Shown here in pieces: positions 1 through 15,039 of a stretch of DNA of 64,000 nt. Under the pieces are notes generated by a model that was not told where the DNA came from, searched no databases, and saw only the letters and a list, made by a program, of their open reading frames with translations. The stretch's first letter is position 1. Each line of letters opens with the position of its first letter. Source of the DNA: Blastocystis sp. Blastoise (taxonomy: Eukaryota > Protista > Bigyra: Opalinata); contig JBBPEB010000013.1 in NCBI GenBank assembly GCA_039096225.1, forward strand, positions 1 through 64,000, given 5' to 3'. A program made the translations under genes and the position numbers.

Positions 1-936
1 TATATACATCATAATAATAGTCAATATTAGTATTATTATAGAGTGTATTAAACCGGAAATATAAGAATTGATGAGCACTTGCGTTCTCCCTGTTATAAAC
101 CGTTAGTATAGATCCATCTTTAAAGTCACGTGGAGGACGCACACGATTAAATGCGTCACGCTATATAATAATAATAATTATTATTATAAATATATAATAA
201 CTATAAATATAATAAATAATAATAAACATAATAATATACAACAATAAATATATTAATACTAATACTATATATATAATATATACCTTAACATCGTTTTTAT
301 GTAGTTTAAACAATTTCTTAGTAGTTTTCTCTACGGCTTCTATAGTTTTACTGGCCATGTCAAATAATCCTACTAATGGTTTCATAGGAACGCCGATAAG
401 ACCACGACCCAAACCCTATAGAGGAAATAAAGGGGATATATATATTATTATTGAATACAATAAATATATTTCATTATAGATGTATATAATACATAAAACA
501 TAAATTGTATATATAATATAATATAATATAATATAATAATATGTATTATATATCCATACGTCCATAAATCCTTTGAATCCCTGCTGTTTCGCTCCTTTCA
601 TTGGCTGACTGACTACACCTGTAACGGCACTTGTGACACTCTTTACAAATCCCTCAGCACCATCTCTTATATCTATATATAATATAATATAATATAATAT
701 AATATAATATAATATAATATAATATAATATAATATAATATAATATAATATAATATAATATAATATAATATAATATAATATAATATAATATAATATAATAT
801 AATATAATATAATATAATTATATATATACCTAATAATGGGTTTTTATTTCTTTTTGTAAACATATTACTTCGTTCTCTTTTGAAGTCTTTATCTAGTGTT
901 ATCATAGTAAATACAGTACCCACACCTTTCGACATC

Positions 937-978
<42 letters not shown>

Positions 979-1816
979 GAAACAGAAATGATAACAATTA
1001 ATATTTAGGTAATATATATATATTACTAATAAAAATAAACAAAAATAGGAAATAATAATGTAATAATATATAATAATACATAATAATACATAATAAAATA
1101 ATAGGTGATACACTAATATATAATAATAAATATAATAATATACTTTAGAAGTAGTATGCCAAATACCATCAACAATACTTCCAGTAACATTCCCAACTTT
1201 ACTTAAATTGATACCATCATCATATTCAGATGCATTCAGACTGACTAATTGCTTCTGAATACTACTAATAGTATAATAGAAATCTCCAAGATAATCGGTA
1301 GATGTTAATATAGATAAACTATATAATAATAATAAGTATATAATAATAATAATAATAATCATGCTATATAATATTAATAACTATAATAATTGTATATATA
1401 TACACTTTAAGAATAATCTGTTTTTTGAAATGGACAAATAATCGCTTCCATAATTCATCTGTTCTATATATATGTTAATAATAATAATATATATATATAT
1501 ATATATACGTTAATATAGAGTCTTTTATGCATAAACTCATTATTTGCATAGAACGATTTTCAAAATTAACTCCTTTATCAGTTACCGTTAGAGAGGTTCC
1601 CGTGGTTATTTCTGAATTTGGACTAGTACTTATTGTTAATTCTATGGAAATCGGCATAATTTCAATTTCTCGAATAGAAACATATTTATTTCGTTCTATT
1701 TTTTGTAATAATAATACTATATATCGTTCTGTATATATATTTGATAATAATTGTTGTAAGGGTGTTCGATGAGTATTTTTAGATAAGAAGATAGAAGGAG
1801 TAGATATACGTAATTG

Positions 1817-1860
<44 letters not shown>

Positions 1861-2467
1861 TCTTTTCAATAATTATAAATACTTATAATATATATAAAGA
1901 AATATATATAAACTTTTCAATTATTATAGGTAATTATTATATATATATATACAGTAACATCAGCAAATGTTCGATATAATTTAAGTATAAATTGTTCATC
2001 AAGTTTTAAAATAAGTTTTTCCATTGAAAAATAACCATCATTTATATATAATGTATTATTATTATTATTTTCTATTCTATATATAATAGTATAAATAGAA
2101 TTAAAATGATTCAAAAAAAGGTATATAGTTGTCTAGCATACATTATTAAACAATTAAACATAGATAAAGAATATAAATAATAATAATAATAAAATGAATA
2201 TATATATATATATATATATATATTATTATTATTATTATTATAATTATTATTATATATACAATGTGCAGCATATATGTAGAAATGGTACATTTTGTTTGAA
2301 TTCTATTCCACATCCTGAACATTCACCTCTTCGATTAATCATTCGATACATTTCAGAATCATTTTTACCTTCTGAAATAGACTGAATACTCTTTCTATTA
2401 ATATAAACCATCGATGGGAACAAGGGAGTTGGAGTTTGGACATCAATCTATTAATAATAATAATAAT

Positions 2468-2498
<31 letters not shown>

Positions 2499-2932
2499 CT
2501 TGTAAAGAATCAATAGACAATGAGTAATTATGTTGTTGTTTTGAATATATATAATTCCCAAGAATATTATAGAAATATACATATAATAATTCTTCTGGCG
2601 TTTTATCAATTAATGATAAACCAATATATCCAATACCTATTGATAACTATATATATATATAGTATTAATAGTACTTTTGTAATGAAAATAATAATGAATA
2701 AAAATATAATATAAAATTTGAACTAGTTGTCTTTCACGATAACAGAAATAAATTATCATTAATATATATATATATATACTTCTGTATCTTGTACTGTTTT
2801 ATTTCGTTGTTTTCTGCCAAAATATGTTCTTGGCTGATTTTCTCCTGAACGGAATTCAATAATAGTATCATTTCCTTCCTTAATAATATTAACAGTCACT
2901 ATAATATATAATCAATGTTATATATAGACATA

Positions 2933-3010
<78 letters not shown>

Positions 3011-3304
3011 TTCATGTTTTCTAAGTTTCCAATTGGTTAATTCACCTGTCCATTGTTCAGTCTCTCTGTCTCTCCTTTTGTTAGTACTTTCTCTTCTTAA
3101 ATCTTTTGCCCATTTCAACATTATATCATGATCTGATGATGAAAAGATAAATTGACGATTATCTTGTTTAATAATAATAATATATGTAGTTTCAACTTGT
3201 GAGGGTTTTAATTCAAAAGTTACTAATGAGGGTAAACTTATAGATGAAGACAGTTCAATCATTTTGGATCTCCAATCTGAACTCTTTTGTGTACGTATAA
3301 GACC

Positions 3305-3343
<39 letters not shown>

Positions 3344-6300
3344 TTGATTATATAACAAAAAAAAAAATAAATTATACTAACATTAAAAAGACAAAAAAGT
3401 CAAATATATATATATATATACGTCTTTCAAATAGTGTGCATATAAGTTCATCTGGATTATCATAATTACTACATATATCTCTTAATTGCATTAATGTAGG
3501 ATATTCTATTCCACGAGAAAAGGATTCTACTGATATATAATCTAATTTCATTTGTAAATCCTATATATATATATGACATAATATTCAAATCATAATAAAT
3601 ATATATATATATTATATACATAATCATCTTCTGTTTTCTTCTGTTTATTCCAAATTTGAGATTTTAAGATAATTTCAGCTTCTGCTAACGGTATTCCTTG
3701 CAACATTGATCTACCACCTATAATAATAAATATAATAATAAATATAATATTAATTATAATAATAAATATAATAACTATAATAATAATAAAATAATAAATA
3801 TAATAATTTATATAATAACTAAAATAATAACTATAATAATAACTATAATAATAACTATATATACCAGCTTTTCTATTTGATTTATGTATATATAAGAATT
3901 CAGGGCATAAAACTAATTCTCGTTTAACCCATATACCATTCTTATATATACGGAATATATTAGTACGTAATATATTCTCTGTAACAGGTAATTTCACATC
4001 AATTTTAAAAGTATAAGATTTATTTTCATCTTCAAGATTAAATTGATGACAATGTTTATTACTTTCCCATGGGAATAGAACCATTAAAGAAACATCTGTA
4101 TCATTATTATATTTATATATATAATCTTGATAACTATTAGCTGGAAGTAATTCATATTCATTTCTTATTCTTCTATTTTCTTCTTTTGGAGGTATTTGTG
4201 CATATTGAATAGGGAAATAACAATAGTTTCTTAATACACAAGAAATACAAGCATGATGGAAGGAGAAAGAGAGAATATAAGAAGAAGAAGAAGTATACAT
4301 TACATCACATGTTAATATCTATATGAATAAGAATAGAAATAGAAAGAGATTCATAATGTTTATTGAACAAGAATATATAAAAAGAGTTGAAAAAAAAATA
4401 TTATATATTTATAATATAAATATATATATAAATGAATATACTAATAATAATAAATATATATATATATACTGCATCAGTTCCTTCTTTCTTATTTTGTCTT
4501 GGAATTCGAATAGAATACTTTTTGGTTTCTTCAATTTTAAAAGGATATGAAAATGACCAAAGATTTGTTTTTAAAGATAAATTGGAATATATATTGTTAT
4601 TATTATTACCATTACCATTAAATGGAACGATATTATTTGATGAATATGACAATTCTGAAGAATTTGAAGTATTTTGTAAAATAGTGATACATAATTCTCT
4701 TGAATTTGATTGGCTAATCCAATGTAACGGTCCACATGATTTTAGTGGTAAATAACAATAATAATCAGAATCTGTGAAATTTATAAGTAATTGAACATTG
4801 GTAGTATTATGTAGATAATATTGAGGATATAAAGATAAAGATTTATCACAAATATTATCAATATCAGACTATATATATATAACGTAATACTTATTTGAAG
4901 AGTATAAATTGATAAGATAGATAAAGAAATAATAAATAATTTATAATAATATTATATATAATAATATATATATACTTGTTTCTGGGAAAGAACTAGATTG
5001 TATTGGAATGCGACTGGTTCCATAACTTTATTAATTATTTGATTTTGTGGGTTTTTTAATGGTATTTCAAAGATTGATGGATCTAAGGCATCGAATGAAG
5101 AAGTACTTGCTGGGGAGGAAAGAATCGGTGTTTGGAGGGTGGATGACGATGATACGACACTAAGTGGCTTTGATAGATTATAATAATATACTATATATAT
5201 AGTAAATAGTATAAATATGTTGTGAAAGATTTATATATATTAATAGTATAATATATTATATAAATTATATATATTATATATACATTGTGTAAGAAGTGAG
5301 ATATCCGAATAGTGTTTTTTCTTCCATTTCATTAGTTATCCAATAGGATAAGTCTGTATATTGTTCATTTTGAGGGTTACAAATAGAAATAGAAGAAGGA
5401 TCTGAAAATGTAACACAAGGATATGTACTTTCGTACTATATATAATAATAATAATGTAATATATATAATATAATAGTATATAATATAATATAATATAATA
5501 TAATATAATAATATATAATATAAAGCATAAAATATAATATATTAGTATATATATACATGTTTATAGAATCGTATATTATCATGTATTTTATGTCGAAGTG
5601 CTAAATGCATCCAAGAATGATTTTCTTTTAAATTCTCTTTAATATCTTCTTTTGTTATGGTTATTAATGAATATAAATAATTCAATATCGAAATTCCCAT
5701 GGTAATCTCTCGTTTTTCATGTTCAACATCAAGCCATTTATAATCATATATAGAAAGATATTTTGGATTATTATATAATGATTTTGATACATATTCTAAA
5801 AGTTCTTCAAAAGTACTATTTTTCTCAATATGTAAATATAATGATTCTTTTATATTTGTAGGTAATGTAACACGAATATAAATCATACTCCTGTGGGGAA
5901 AGATGCTTGAATCGCGATAATCGAGTGGATCCCGACGGTTTTCGAAGAAATGTAAAAGTGATATTGCTTTTTCTTCAAAGTTAAATGAATATGTTGAATT
6001 ACTATATATATATATATTAGTTATATATTTATATTAAAAACAAAAAAGTTATATTAACATAATAATAATAATATTAAAGTTATAAATAATATATATACTT
6101 AATTGGAACTGTTTTAAACATTTGTTTTTTACTTTTTCTTCTTCTCAAAACAGATTTTTCTATGGGAATATCAATATTTTGAGGAATAAATTGATCAGAT
6201 TCATGGGGATTACAAACAGAAGCAAAAGAAGGACATCGTGATGAATTTTTTATTGTATTTAAGGGAATCATAGTATTAGTAGATAGATTATTATTTGATA

Positions 6301-7410
6301 GATTACTGTTTGATAGATTACTATTTGATAGATTACTATTTGATAGATTACTAGTAGATAGATTACTATTTGAGGAATATATATTATTATTATTATTATT
6401 GTCATCATTAATAGAAATAATAGATGATTGTGAATATAACGGAGATATAATATTACTAGAAGATAGAGGAGGAGTAATATATATATCATTATCTTTTATA
6501 TTACTAAGTAAACTTCTTTGAGAGGGATAAGGTGACGCATCATTTGTCAGAGTCATCATATTATTGACATTAGAAGATAAAGTTAATTGACTATTATTAT
6601 TATAAGACAAATAGGGAGGAGTACTATATGAATATGTATTATTATTATATATATTATTAATATCATCAGGAGCTATTTTATAATAATGGAAATTATTATA
6701 ATAATCAATTCCATCGGACTCAATTTCTGCGGGAATTGGATTTATTGGAGGTAATAATGATTCAGATGTTCCCCATCGATACTATAAATAGTATTTAATA
6801 ATAAGTATAATAATAAGTATAATAATAAGTATAATAATAAGTATAATAATAATAAGTATAATAATATATACTTTTAAAGGTATAGAAGTATAGTTTGTAA
6901 GCATATAATGACTGTATATATATATATATCTTCAATATCATATTTCATATAACACACAAAAGGAGGAATAATAGAAGACATTGTATTTGGGGCAAAAGCT
7001 ATAATAGAATAATAATAAGATATATAATATATGACAATATATGACAATATACATAAATATATTTATATACGACATTTTTCTAATTTAATATTTTGAACAA
7101 TATGTCCGTTAGGATTATTAGGATCATGTAACGGCTCATCATGTGACCAACGATATCCTTCAATATTAATTCTTAAATACATAACATCTGTTGCATTATC
7201 TCCTATATATACTTGTTCTGATTCTTCACTCTTTAATACTCCACGTGTTTTTAATACTTCAAATGGACCGTAAAATGCATAATTAAGAGGTAATGGCAAA
7301 TTATTATGTATCTATATATATATGATATTAAATATGAATAAAATTATCATATATTTAATTTAAATTGAATCATAATAATAATAAATAAAAATAAATAAAA
7401 AATAAGAGAA

Positions 7411-7455
<45 letters not shown>

Positions 7456-8189
7456 ATAAGCTGGTGTAAGAACAATATCCATAGTATGTCTATATATATA
7501 AGCAGCATGACTTGTATGAATAGATTCTGTATTATCAACTTTGGGAGATGTAAACTTACGCTAGGGAAGGAGAAGGAATATATATATATATAATAGACAT
7601 AATAATAATATATCATAAATAAATAAATAAATAAATAAAAACAATAAAAAATATATAACATATATATATATATATACCTTTAAATAGCAATACCAACTTT
7701 GTTTTTCTTCATTTTTCTTTAAGCATATAGATTGAATACGTTTACATTTTCCATGTGTTCTTGTTTGTGTATCGACTTTCAAATTCATCTTTTCTCGTTC
7801 TTTAGTAATATTATTATTCTTTAAAACTGTATATAACCGTGATTCTGAGGTCATTTCAGGTATTGAATCTATAGATATAGGATCACTCCATTCACTATCA
7901 ATTCCTTCTTGCTTTGGTCGTATCATAAATTCAAATGATTGATAAGAATATACAAGAGGAATAGGTATACATTCACCAGGATAAATAGATAATATTTCTT
8001 GACAATTGAATGTTTCTGAAGATGGCTGAATATGAGAGGAAGATCGTCGATGAGTAAAATCTGATGAATTCTGTTGGATATTTGTACTGAGTACATTATT
8101 AGTAGGTGAAGAAGTAAAGATAGATGGGGGATTCAGAACAGTATTACCATCATTAATCATACTGTAATTATTAGTATTAGTATTTGAGA

Positions 8190-8223
<34 letters not shown>

Positions 8224-8272
8224 TGAGATATAATTATTGTTATTATTATTATTATTATTTGAGATATAATTA

Positions 8273-8325
<53 letters not shown>

Positions 8326-9766
8326 TATTGAATTTGAAGAATTATTTGTAGAAGATAGCTTTTGTATATAAGGATATAATTCTATAATTCTATTTGTATT
8401 ATTTATAATTCTGACAGGACTATTTATATGTACAGTAATACATTCACAATTCTGTTCAAAATATACATATATAAATTCATTAGTAACTGGTATATATTGA
8501 CGAATAGTTGAGTTGTATTGTTTTTCATAGGATGGTATGGAATCAGAAAACAATGGAATTATATAGGTTTCTATATTTATATTCATTCATAAATATATAA
8601 TAATATTAATAGTATATACAAAAATTAATAATAAAAAAATATAATAAATAAAATAAATATAATAAATATAATAAATATAATAAATATAATAAATAAAATA
8701 AATAAAATAAATAAAATAAATAAAATAAATATAATAAATATAATAAATAAATATAATGAATATATATACTTTCAGGTATAACTTCAACTGGTTTCATTTT
8801 ATATGTACCTCCATCTATATCAATAGCATGTATTGAGAAATAGAGAATATTTTGATGTTTCTCCTTTTTTTGTGTTTCTCTATAATTTGAATTTGACTCC
8901 AGAATAGAATATGAAATAATATCCTGTTTCTTCATAGTTCTAATTGAAGGAGAAGAAAGAGAAACATGAGGAGAATAAGTAATAGAAACGGATAGTAAAG
9001 ATTGAGTATTATTTTGTATACTATATAAATTTTTATATAATGATTAATATAAAAATGATGAAGAATAGTAGAAACAAATATAAATAATAATATTATATAT
9101 ATAATAGATAAAATTGCAAAGTGAATAATTAAGAATAATCCCTTTTATAAAAATATATATATATACAATAGAAAATAGTAATACTGTATACAAAAATAAA
9201 TATAAATAAATAAATAATAAATAACATTATAATATATATACATGAATGGTCCACTTTGCTGTTCATTTTGTTTATGTTCATCAGGATAAAGAATAGTATT
9301 ATTAAGTATATATATAAGTGACATTGGTAAATTTATATTAATACCTTCAAAATTCTGAATATTTATAAGATTCTTACTATATAAATATATATATAAATTT
9401 CAATAATAATTTGATATATGAATATATATAAATAAAAGTATATATAAATATATATAATACAATTTATTATTATTTTGCCGAAATTCTAAAAAAAAAAGCT
9501 CAATAAGTGGTTCCATCTCTTTCTTATTCAAATTATAATAATTAATTGAATTATATAACTCTGCAACAATTGATGTATTCTATATATATATGTATATATC
9601 TATCTATCTATATATATATATATACACCTCAAAGTCAAGATTACTTGCATAATTATATTCATTTGTACTATATAACAATCAATATAATAAATATAATAAA
9701 TACAATAAATATTTCATATATATACATTATAGAGCCATAACTCATTCTATTACTTTCATCATCATC
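1..9766 (-). CDS. VPS13: VPS13-family lipid transport protein, multi-exon. Only the C-terminal portion is visible; it runs off the window start and no N-terminal chorein exons are seen upstream.
   Basis: Spliced exons give VPS13 C-terminal motifs: GYIGLSLIDKTPEELLY..SIDSLQ/IDVQTPTPLFP, SKGVGTVFTMITLDKDFKRER, PMKGAKQQGFKGF, GLGRGLIGVPMKPLVGLFDMASKT, RVRPPR. VAB-type motifs include SPVRIINNTNRIIEL and IHNNLPLPLNY. Many GTATAT...ATATAG introns. Confidence 0.85.
678..816. repeat. (ATAAT)n pentanucleotide microsatellite inside a VPS13 intron
   Basis: Perfect aatat repeat; produces the spurious YYIIL run in the ORF track. Confidence 0.95.
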
Positions 9767-10624
9767 TATATATATATAATAATAATAAATAAAAAAAAAA
9801 TAATAATAATTTAAGAATCAACTTAATTATTAAAAAAGATTAATGATAAGCAAATAAAAAATAGACAGTAAACGATACAAGCCACGATAGTAACATAATA
9901 TCAAATAAAACAATACATAAATAAAAAATAATAATAATTGCACATCTCATACATACTCTATTTTTAATATTACATCATAATCATTTCAAGATACAATCTT
10001 AAGTCACATCAGACTCAAACAAAGACCTATATGCAAAAATAAAAAATATATAATGCATTAATTAATTAGGAAAAAATTATAAAACATACTAATCATTGAT
10101 TTGTATATAATAAAATATATAGATGATACAAAATATATACAATACTAATAAATGACATGGATTGACCACTTTTAAAGAATTCTTTCTGATTATGAATATG
10201 TTTTTATAGAAGGTTTATAACAACATAATTCCCATAATTAATTTTTTGAACTGTTTTCTTTTTTTTAAACACAATTAATTTATTATATATTCACTTGACA
10301 GATCATACACATCACTAAACACGCTGCTTTATTGAACCAAGACATTTTAAATTTATGATGAAGAAAACAAGCTGATTTTGTCAAAATCACTGATTACTAA
10401 AATGATCTGTTAAAATAATCAATTTGTATACAGCAAAGTCTGGAATAGTAGAGAAGTATTGAAATGATCTCAAAATAAGGTGTTTTTTCACAGATGGGAA
10501 AGAAGTGCGTATATCCGGCTTATTTTAAATTTTCTGATATAGCCAAAGGTCTTTTGTCTAAAATAAATCGACACAATAAGCTAAGAGTCTTTATAAGCCT
10601 AAAAAGCTATCAAATATAAATTTT

Positions 10625-11005
10625 CTCAGTTTTGAACGAGAAAATTATTCCCGTAAATATTTTAAAAATGCAAAACTCTGGTCTGATTGCCCATGGAATA
10701 AATGGGCTCGGTTCAATTTTTCAGTGTAAAAAAATATAATTTTTTGACTTTTTGGCTGAATTTTGGTTTTGACACATAGAGGTCTTTTTATTCACTTTTA
10801 CACATTCTTGTGACTTTCAGAGGGTCTAAACTTTAAACAGAGCAACAAGAGGTTTTAAAATATTGACCCCATTATTTGTCGGAATTACGACTTAAAACAA
10901 AAGAAAAACGTTTTGGATATTGTGTGACCCTCTGTAAACAAAAATTAATGTCAATTCTTTGTTAAAATATGTCTAATAGGGTTTTTAAGTCTAAATCAAA
11001 AGTCA
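10625..11005 (+). repeat. Dispersed ~380-bp repeat, copy 1 (probable transposon-derived non-coding sequence)
   Basis: Aligns by eye with 29422-29805 in the same orientation, e.g. aaaactctggtctga.tgcccatggaataaat and ggttcaatttttcagtgtaaaaaaa..tttttgactttttggctgaattttggttttgac. Confidence 0.85.
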
Positions 11006-12169
11006 ACTGAAAAAAGTGTCAAAATTTTGTCAAAATTCACGATTTTTGCCTAAGTCTCTAAAACTACTCTATTTTTAGTGGCTGAACAAATTTTGAACTG
11101 AAACAAGCCAATCATGTGATTTAAAATGATGAAACCAGAATAACAGTGTAAAACACTCATCCACAATATTTTTCAAAGTTCTTTTAGTAAAGTGTTTATA
11201 TAGACATATAATGTATAAAATGAAAGTCAACTTCTTGAATCTCTTATTTTAGGACAGTCTTTAAAACATTTTGACAAATAGAGAACATTTAACTTGTTAT
11301 TTAAAGCTAATATTTTAAGAGTAGACTTGACTTGGATGAATATAAACAACAGCCAACACTTTAAACATTTTAAGACATACTTTACATTTTGCCGATACAC
11401 TTTGACCTTCATAATTTTGACTCTCCTTTTAATATAGTATAGAGTTATAAGTCTAGTTTATTAAATAAAACTTATTATATTGAATCTCTCACTCTAAGAC
11501 CACTTAATTCACACTTTTCAAAATTGTGACACTCAAACTCGTTATTTTAAGACTTTGTTTTAACTATAGTAGTTTGATGACCTATTGATTACTATGATAC
11601 AATATTAGTCGATTATAAGAAGATCGAAGAAAATATGGATCACTCAATAATCGTCCTCAGGAGCTCAAAATTGGTACACCTAGGTTTTTCGACCTCCTGA
11701 ATCAGAATATCATGTCAAATTAAGAATCTAAATTTGACCGTTAAGGTCTCACGTGTTCAATATGAAAAAGTATTAAAAAATAGATAAATATAAAGAATAA
11801 ACACGGATAACGTATATTGTGGGATTGAGAAAAAATCAAGTTTACCCCATGTTTATTTTTCAATTGTCTGGTCAACAATTTTTATCGGGATGATCCCAAA
11901 GAGCCAATCAAAAACGACTCAAAAATCATATTTTCTGTTTTTTTATTAATAACTTTTTAATTATAAATAATATCGCTTAACCAAATATATGTTGCAAAAC
12001 TACACGTTATATCGTATTGAACTGTGTTTCAACCAAAAGTTAACTCCCCGTAAGTTTAGAGGAGTTGAGGCTACAAACTATAGTATATAGTAGCCAATCA
12101 AATGCATTTTCCAAAAACTGACCAATGGGAATTTTTTTGCCTATTCTCATATATATAGTAATGATATTA

Positions 12170-12449
12170 TACATATATATATATTATACATATTATACAT
12201 ATTATACATATTATACATATTATATGGCTATAATATATCTATTGTATACCTATTATATATCTATTATGTATCTATAATATATTTATTATATATCTAATAT
12301 ATGTCTATTATATGGCTATAATATATCTATTGTATACCTATTATATATTTATTATATATTTATTATATATCTATTATACATCTATTATATATCTATTATA
12401 CATCTATTATGTACCTATAATATATCTATTATACATCTATTATGTATTT

Positions 12450-12480
<31 letters not shown>
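12170..12480. repeat. Degenerate ~11-12 bp tandem repeat (tatacatat/tatatctatta) forming the intron upstream of the transposase exon
   Basis: Visible tandem units ending in a (TA)n-AG acceptor at 12485. Confidence 0.8.
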
Positions 12481-12484
<4 letters not shown>

Positions 12485-12485
12485 G

Positions 12486-14878
12486 GAACAAAGGTAACTA
12501 TCTTACCAATAATTCCAAGGATTCGATTCTTGTTATCTTCAAAAAGACTAATACGTGATATATCATATTATACTAAAGAGGAAATAATTAGTATTCTTCA
12601 GAATGAAAGTGTTTCTTTGAATCAAATTCCTTTATTCATGACAGGTATAAATTTCAAGAAATCTATAAATGATATTATTAATAAAGGTGACATTTTTCTT
12701 GTTTTCAGTATGACCTGTGATGGAATATCACCCTTTTCAGATCCTGTCTCAGATGAGAATCTATCTTCATTTCCTATTCTTATAAAGTTGCTGAACTATA
12801 AAGAAATAAGAGAAGCAGATCATCGTAAGTTTTGGACGTATAGTGTCACAAAGGAATCATTCTCATCTTCAATATTTGATATATTAGTAGAAGAATTTAA
12901 AATCCTATATAAAGGGATAGAGATGGATGTTTGTATAAATGATAGAATAGAAAAGAAAACAGTAATTGGATTATTATTACATACATATGGAGACTGTGCT
13001 GCCATTACGAAAGTTGCAAACTTTACAGGATCCTCATCCCTTTATCCATGTAGATGTTGTGAGTTAAGATGGTGCAGAAAGCAAAAACATTTTCATCAAG
13101 GCATAAAATGTACATATAAAGAAGTCAAGAAATATGTACATACAAATAACACGAAAAAATCAGTAACAAGTATAAACTATCCATCAGCCGTATTATTAAA
13201 TAATAAATCTACTCCCTATTCTATACTACCACAAATGAAGGATTATCATACATCAAATGATACTATTATTGAAAGACTACCCAGGAAGGATTCTTTTAAA
13301 GATTCGCTTAAATTAGTAGAGTATCCATTAAGAACAAAAATATCAATTCAGAAAAATAGAAATTCATGTAGTGATCGTGTATCTTTCAAAGGTATGAAGA
13401 AAACGCCAGGTATTCTAGAAAAACTTCCATATTTCGATCCATCAACTTGTTACTGCATCGATACGATGCACTTGTTCAATAATGTTTCTACACTAATTAT
13501 TAATTTGCTGTTTGGTTTTAATACTAAACAATATGCTAATAAATTATCCAGGAAATATTTCAGTAACGGAGAGAAGTATATTAAACATTTTTCATTAAAT
13601 CCTACAAATATGTCCATTATTGAGTCTCGTATATCATCTATTAATACGTTATATAATAAAAATGAATATGAGTTCAGATATATATTAGATGAAAAGAAAT
13701 ATTATAATATGTCATCACATACAAGAATCTTCTTCGTATCATGTATACTACCACTAATAACCCTAGACTTTAGTAATGTTGATTCACCAATAATATTATT
13801 AATAGATCCTCTAGCTACAATAATATATCAGGCCTTTTCATATAATGGTAATACTCCCAGCGCTTTATTGAACATATTTAAAGATCAATATTCTCTATTT
13901 TGTTTTATTTGTGAACTATTGTTACCAAGAGAAATTATAAACTCTCAAATTCATCTTATGAAACACTTACCTGAAACAATTATAAATTCAGGATCTTTAA
14001 TATACTCTTCCACCTATGAATCTGAACGTTTCTACTCATTTCTTAAACGATCTACTTACGGAAGAAAAAGATTTAATGAATCATGTATTAGAGTAATAAT
14101 AGAAAAGGAGGTTACCGATATTAACTTAACTGATAATTTAGAGGATATAAATGAAGATAATATAGTAAATGATATATTAATTGCTGAACATAATAATGAT
14201 AATGAAAATGATTTTCTTTCTCGAGAGGATATATTTGAAGGCTTTAATAATATTCATATTAATCGAGGAGAAATAAATGTAGTAAAGGGTTTGCGTGCTT
14301 CTCCAAATATTGATTTATCTGAATCACAAATAAAGGAAATAATTTATATTCTATTATCATCACCTAATGAATTTGTTAATATGGCACTTCTCCCTAATGT
14401 AGATATAAACAGTTATATAAATATTTCAAGTTGTCTTGAAGATCATTCAGTTTTTCAAACATTACTTCTAAACTTCAAAAAGATACCTATTGTTTTTTAC
14501 TCAGAAGTATTAATTAATGAAACCAAAGTATTTTCTTCTTCAGGAGTTGATGAAGGTATTGAACGACAAGATAATTCATATATAATGTATAATACGTATG
14601 ATAGTGGAGAAGAACAGCAAACTCATCTTATTAAAGCACTAAACTATATTCAAATTGATCCTTTTATATTGATCCAGAAACACGAGTATCCATTAGCTCG
14701 TATGTCACGAACTAGATTATATTATATTATAAATGATTCTAATAGACAAATTCCAAGAACATCTAAATACTCAACATCTTTCATTGATATTTCCAATATA
14801 ATTCCAGAAAATTTAATTATAGTAGACATTCATAATAATAAGATTATGGAGAGTGACGCTTCTTATGAAGAACCATCA

Positions 14879-14941
<63 letters not shown>

Positions 14942-15039
14942 TAAGGAGTAAAAGAAGTATTATAAGAACTGAATTTGTTTCAGCAAACTCAGTCATTACT
15001 AGCACAGTATTTATGCCACGTTACTGTAGATCATTATAA
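12486..15039 (+). CDS. CACTA/EnSpm (CMC superfamily) Tnp2-like transposase, 5' exon(s) not found; exons 12486-14878 and 14941-15039
   Basis: Motifs ILPIIPRIRFLL, FSMTCDGISPF, ILVEEFKILYKG, GDCAAITKVANFTG...YPCRCC, IDTMHLFNNV, QIHLMKHLPETI.NSGSL..SSTYESERFYSFLKR match the Transposase_21/DUF4218-type architecture. Removing the GT(AT)29AG intron gives an open frame to TAA at 15039. Confidence 0.85.
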
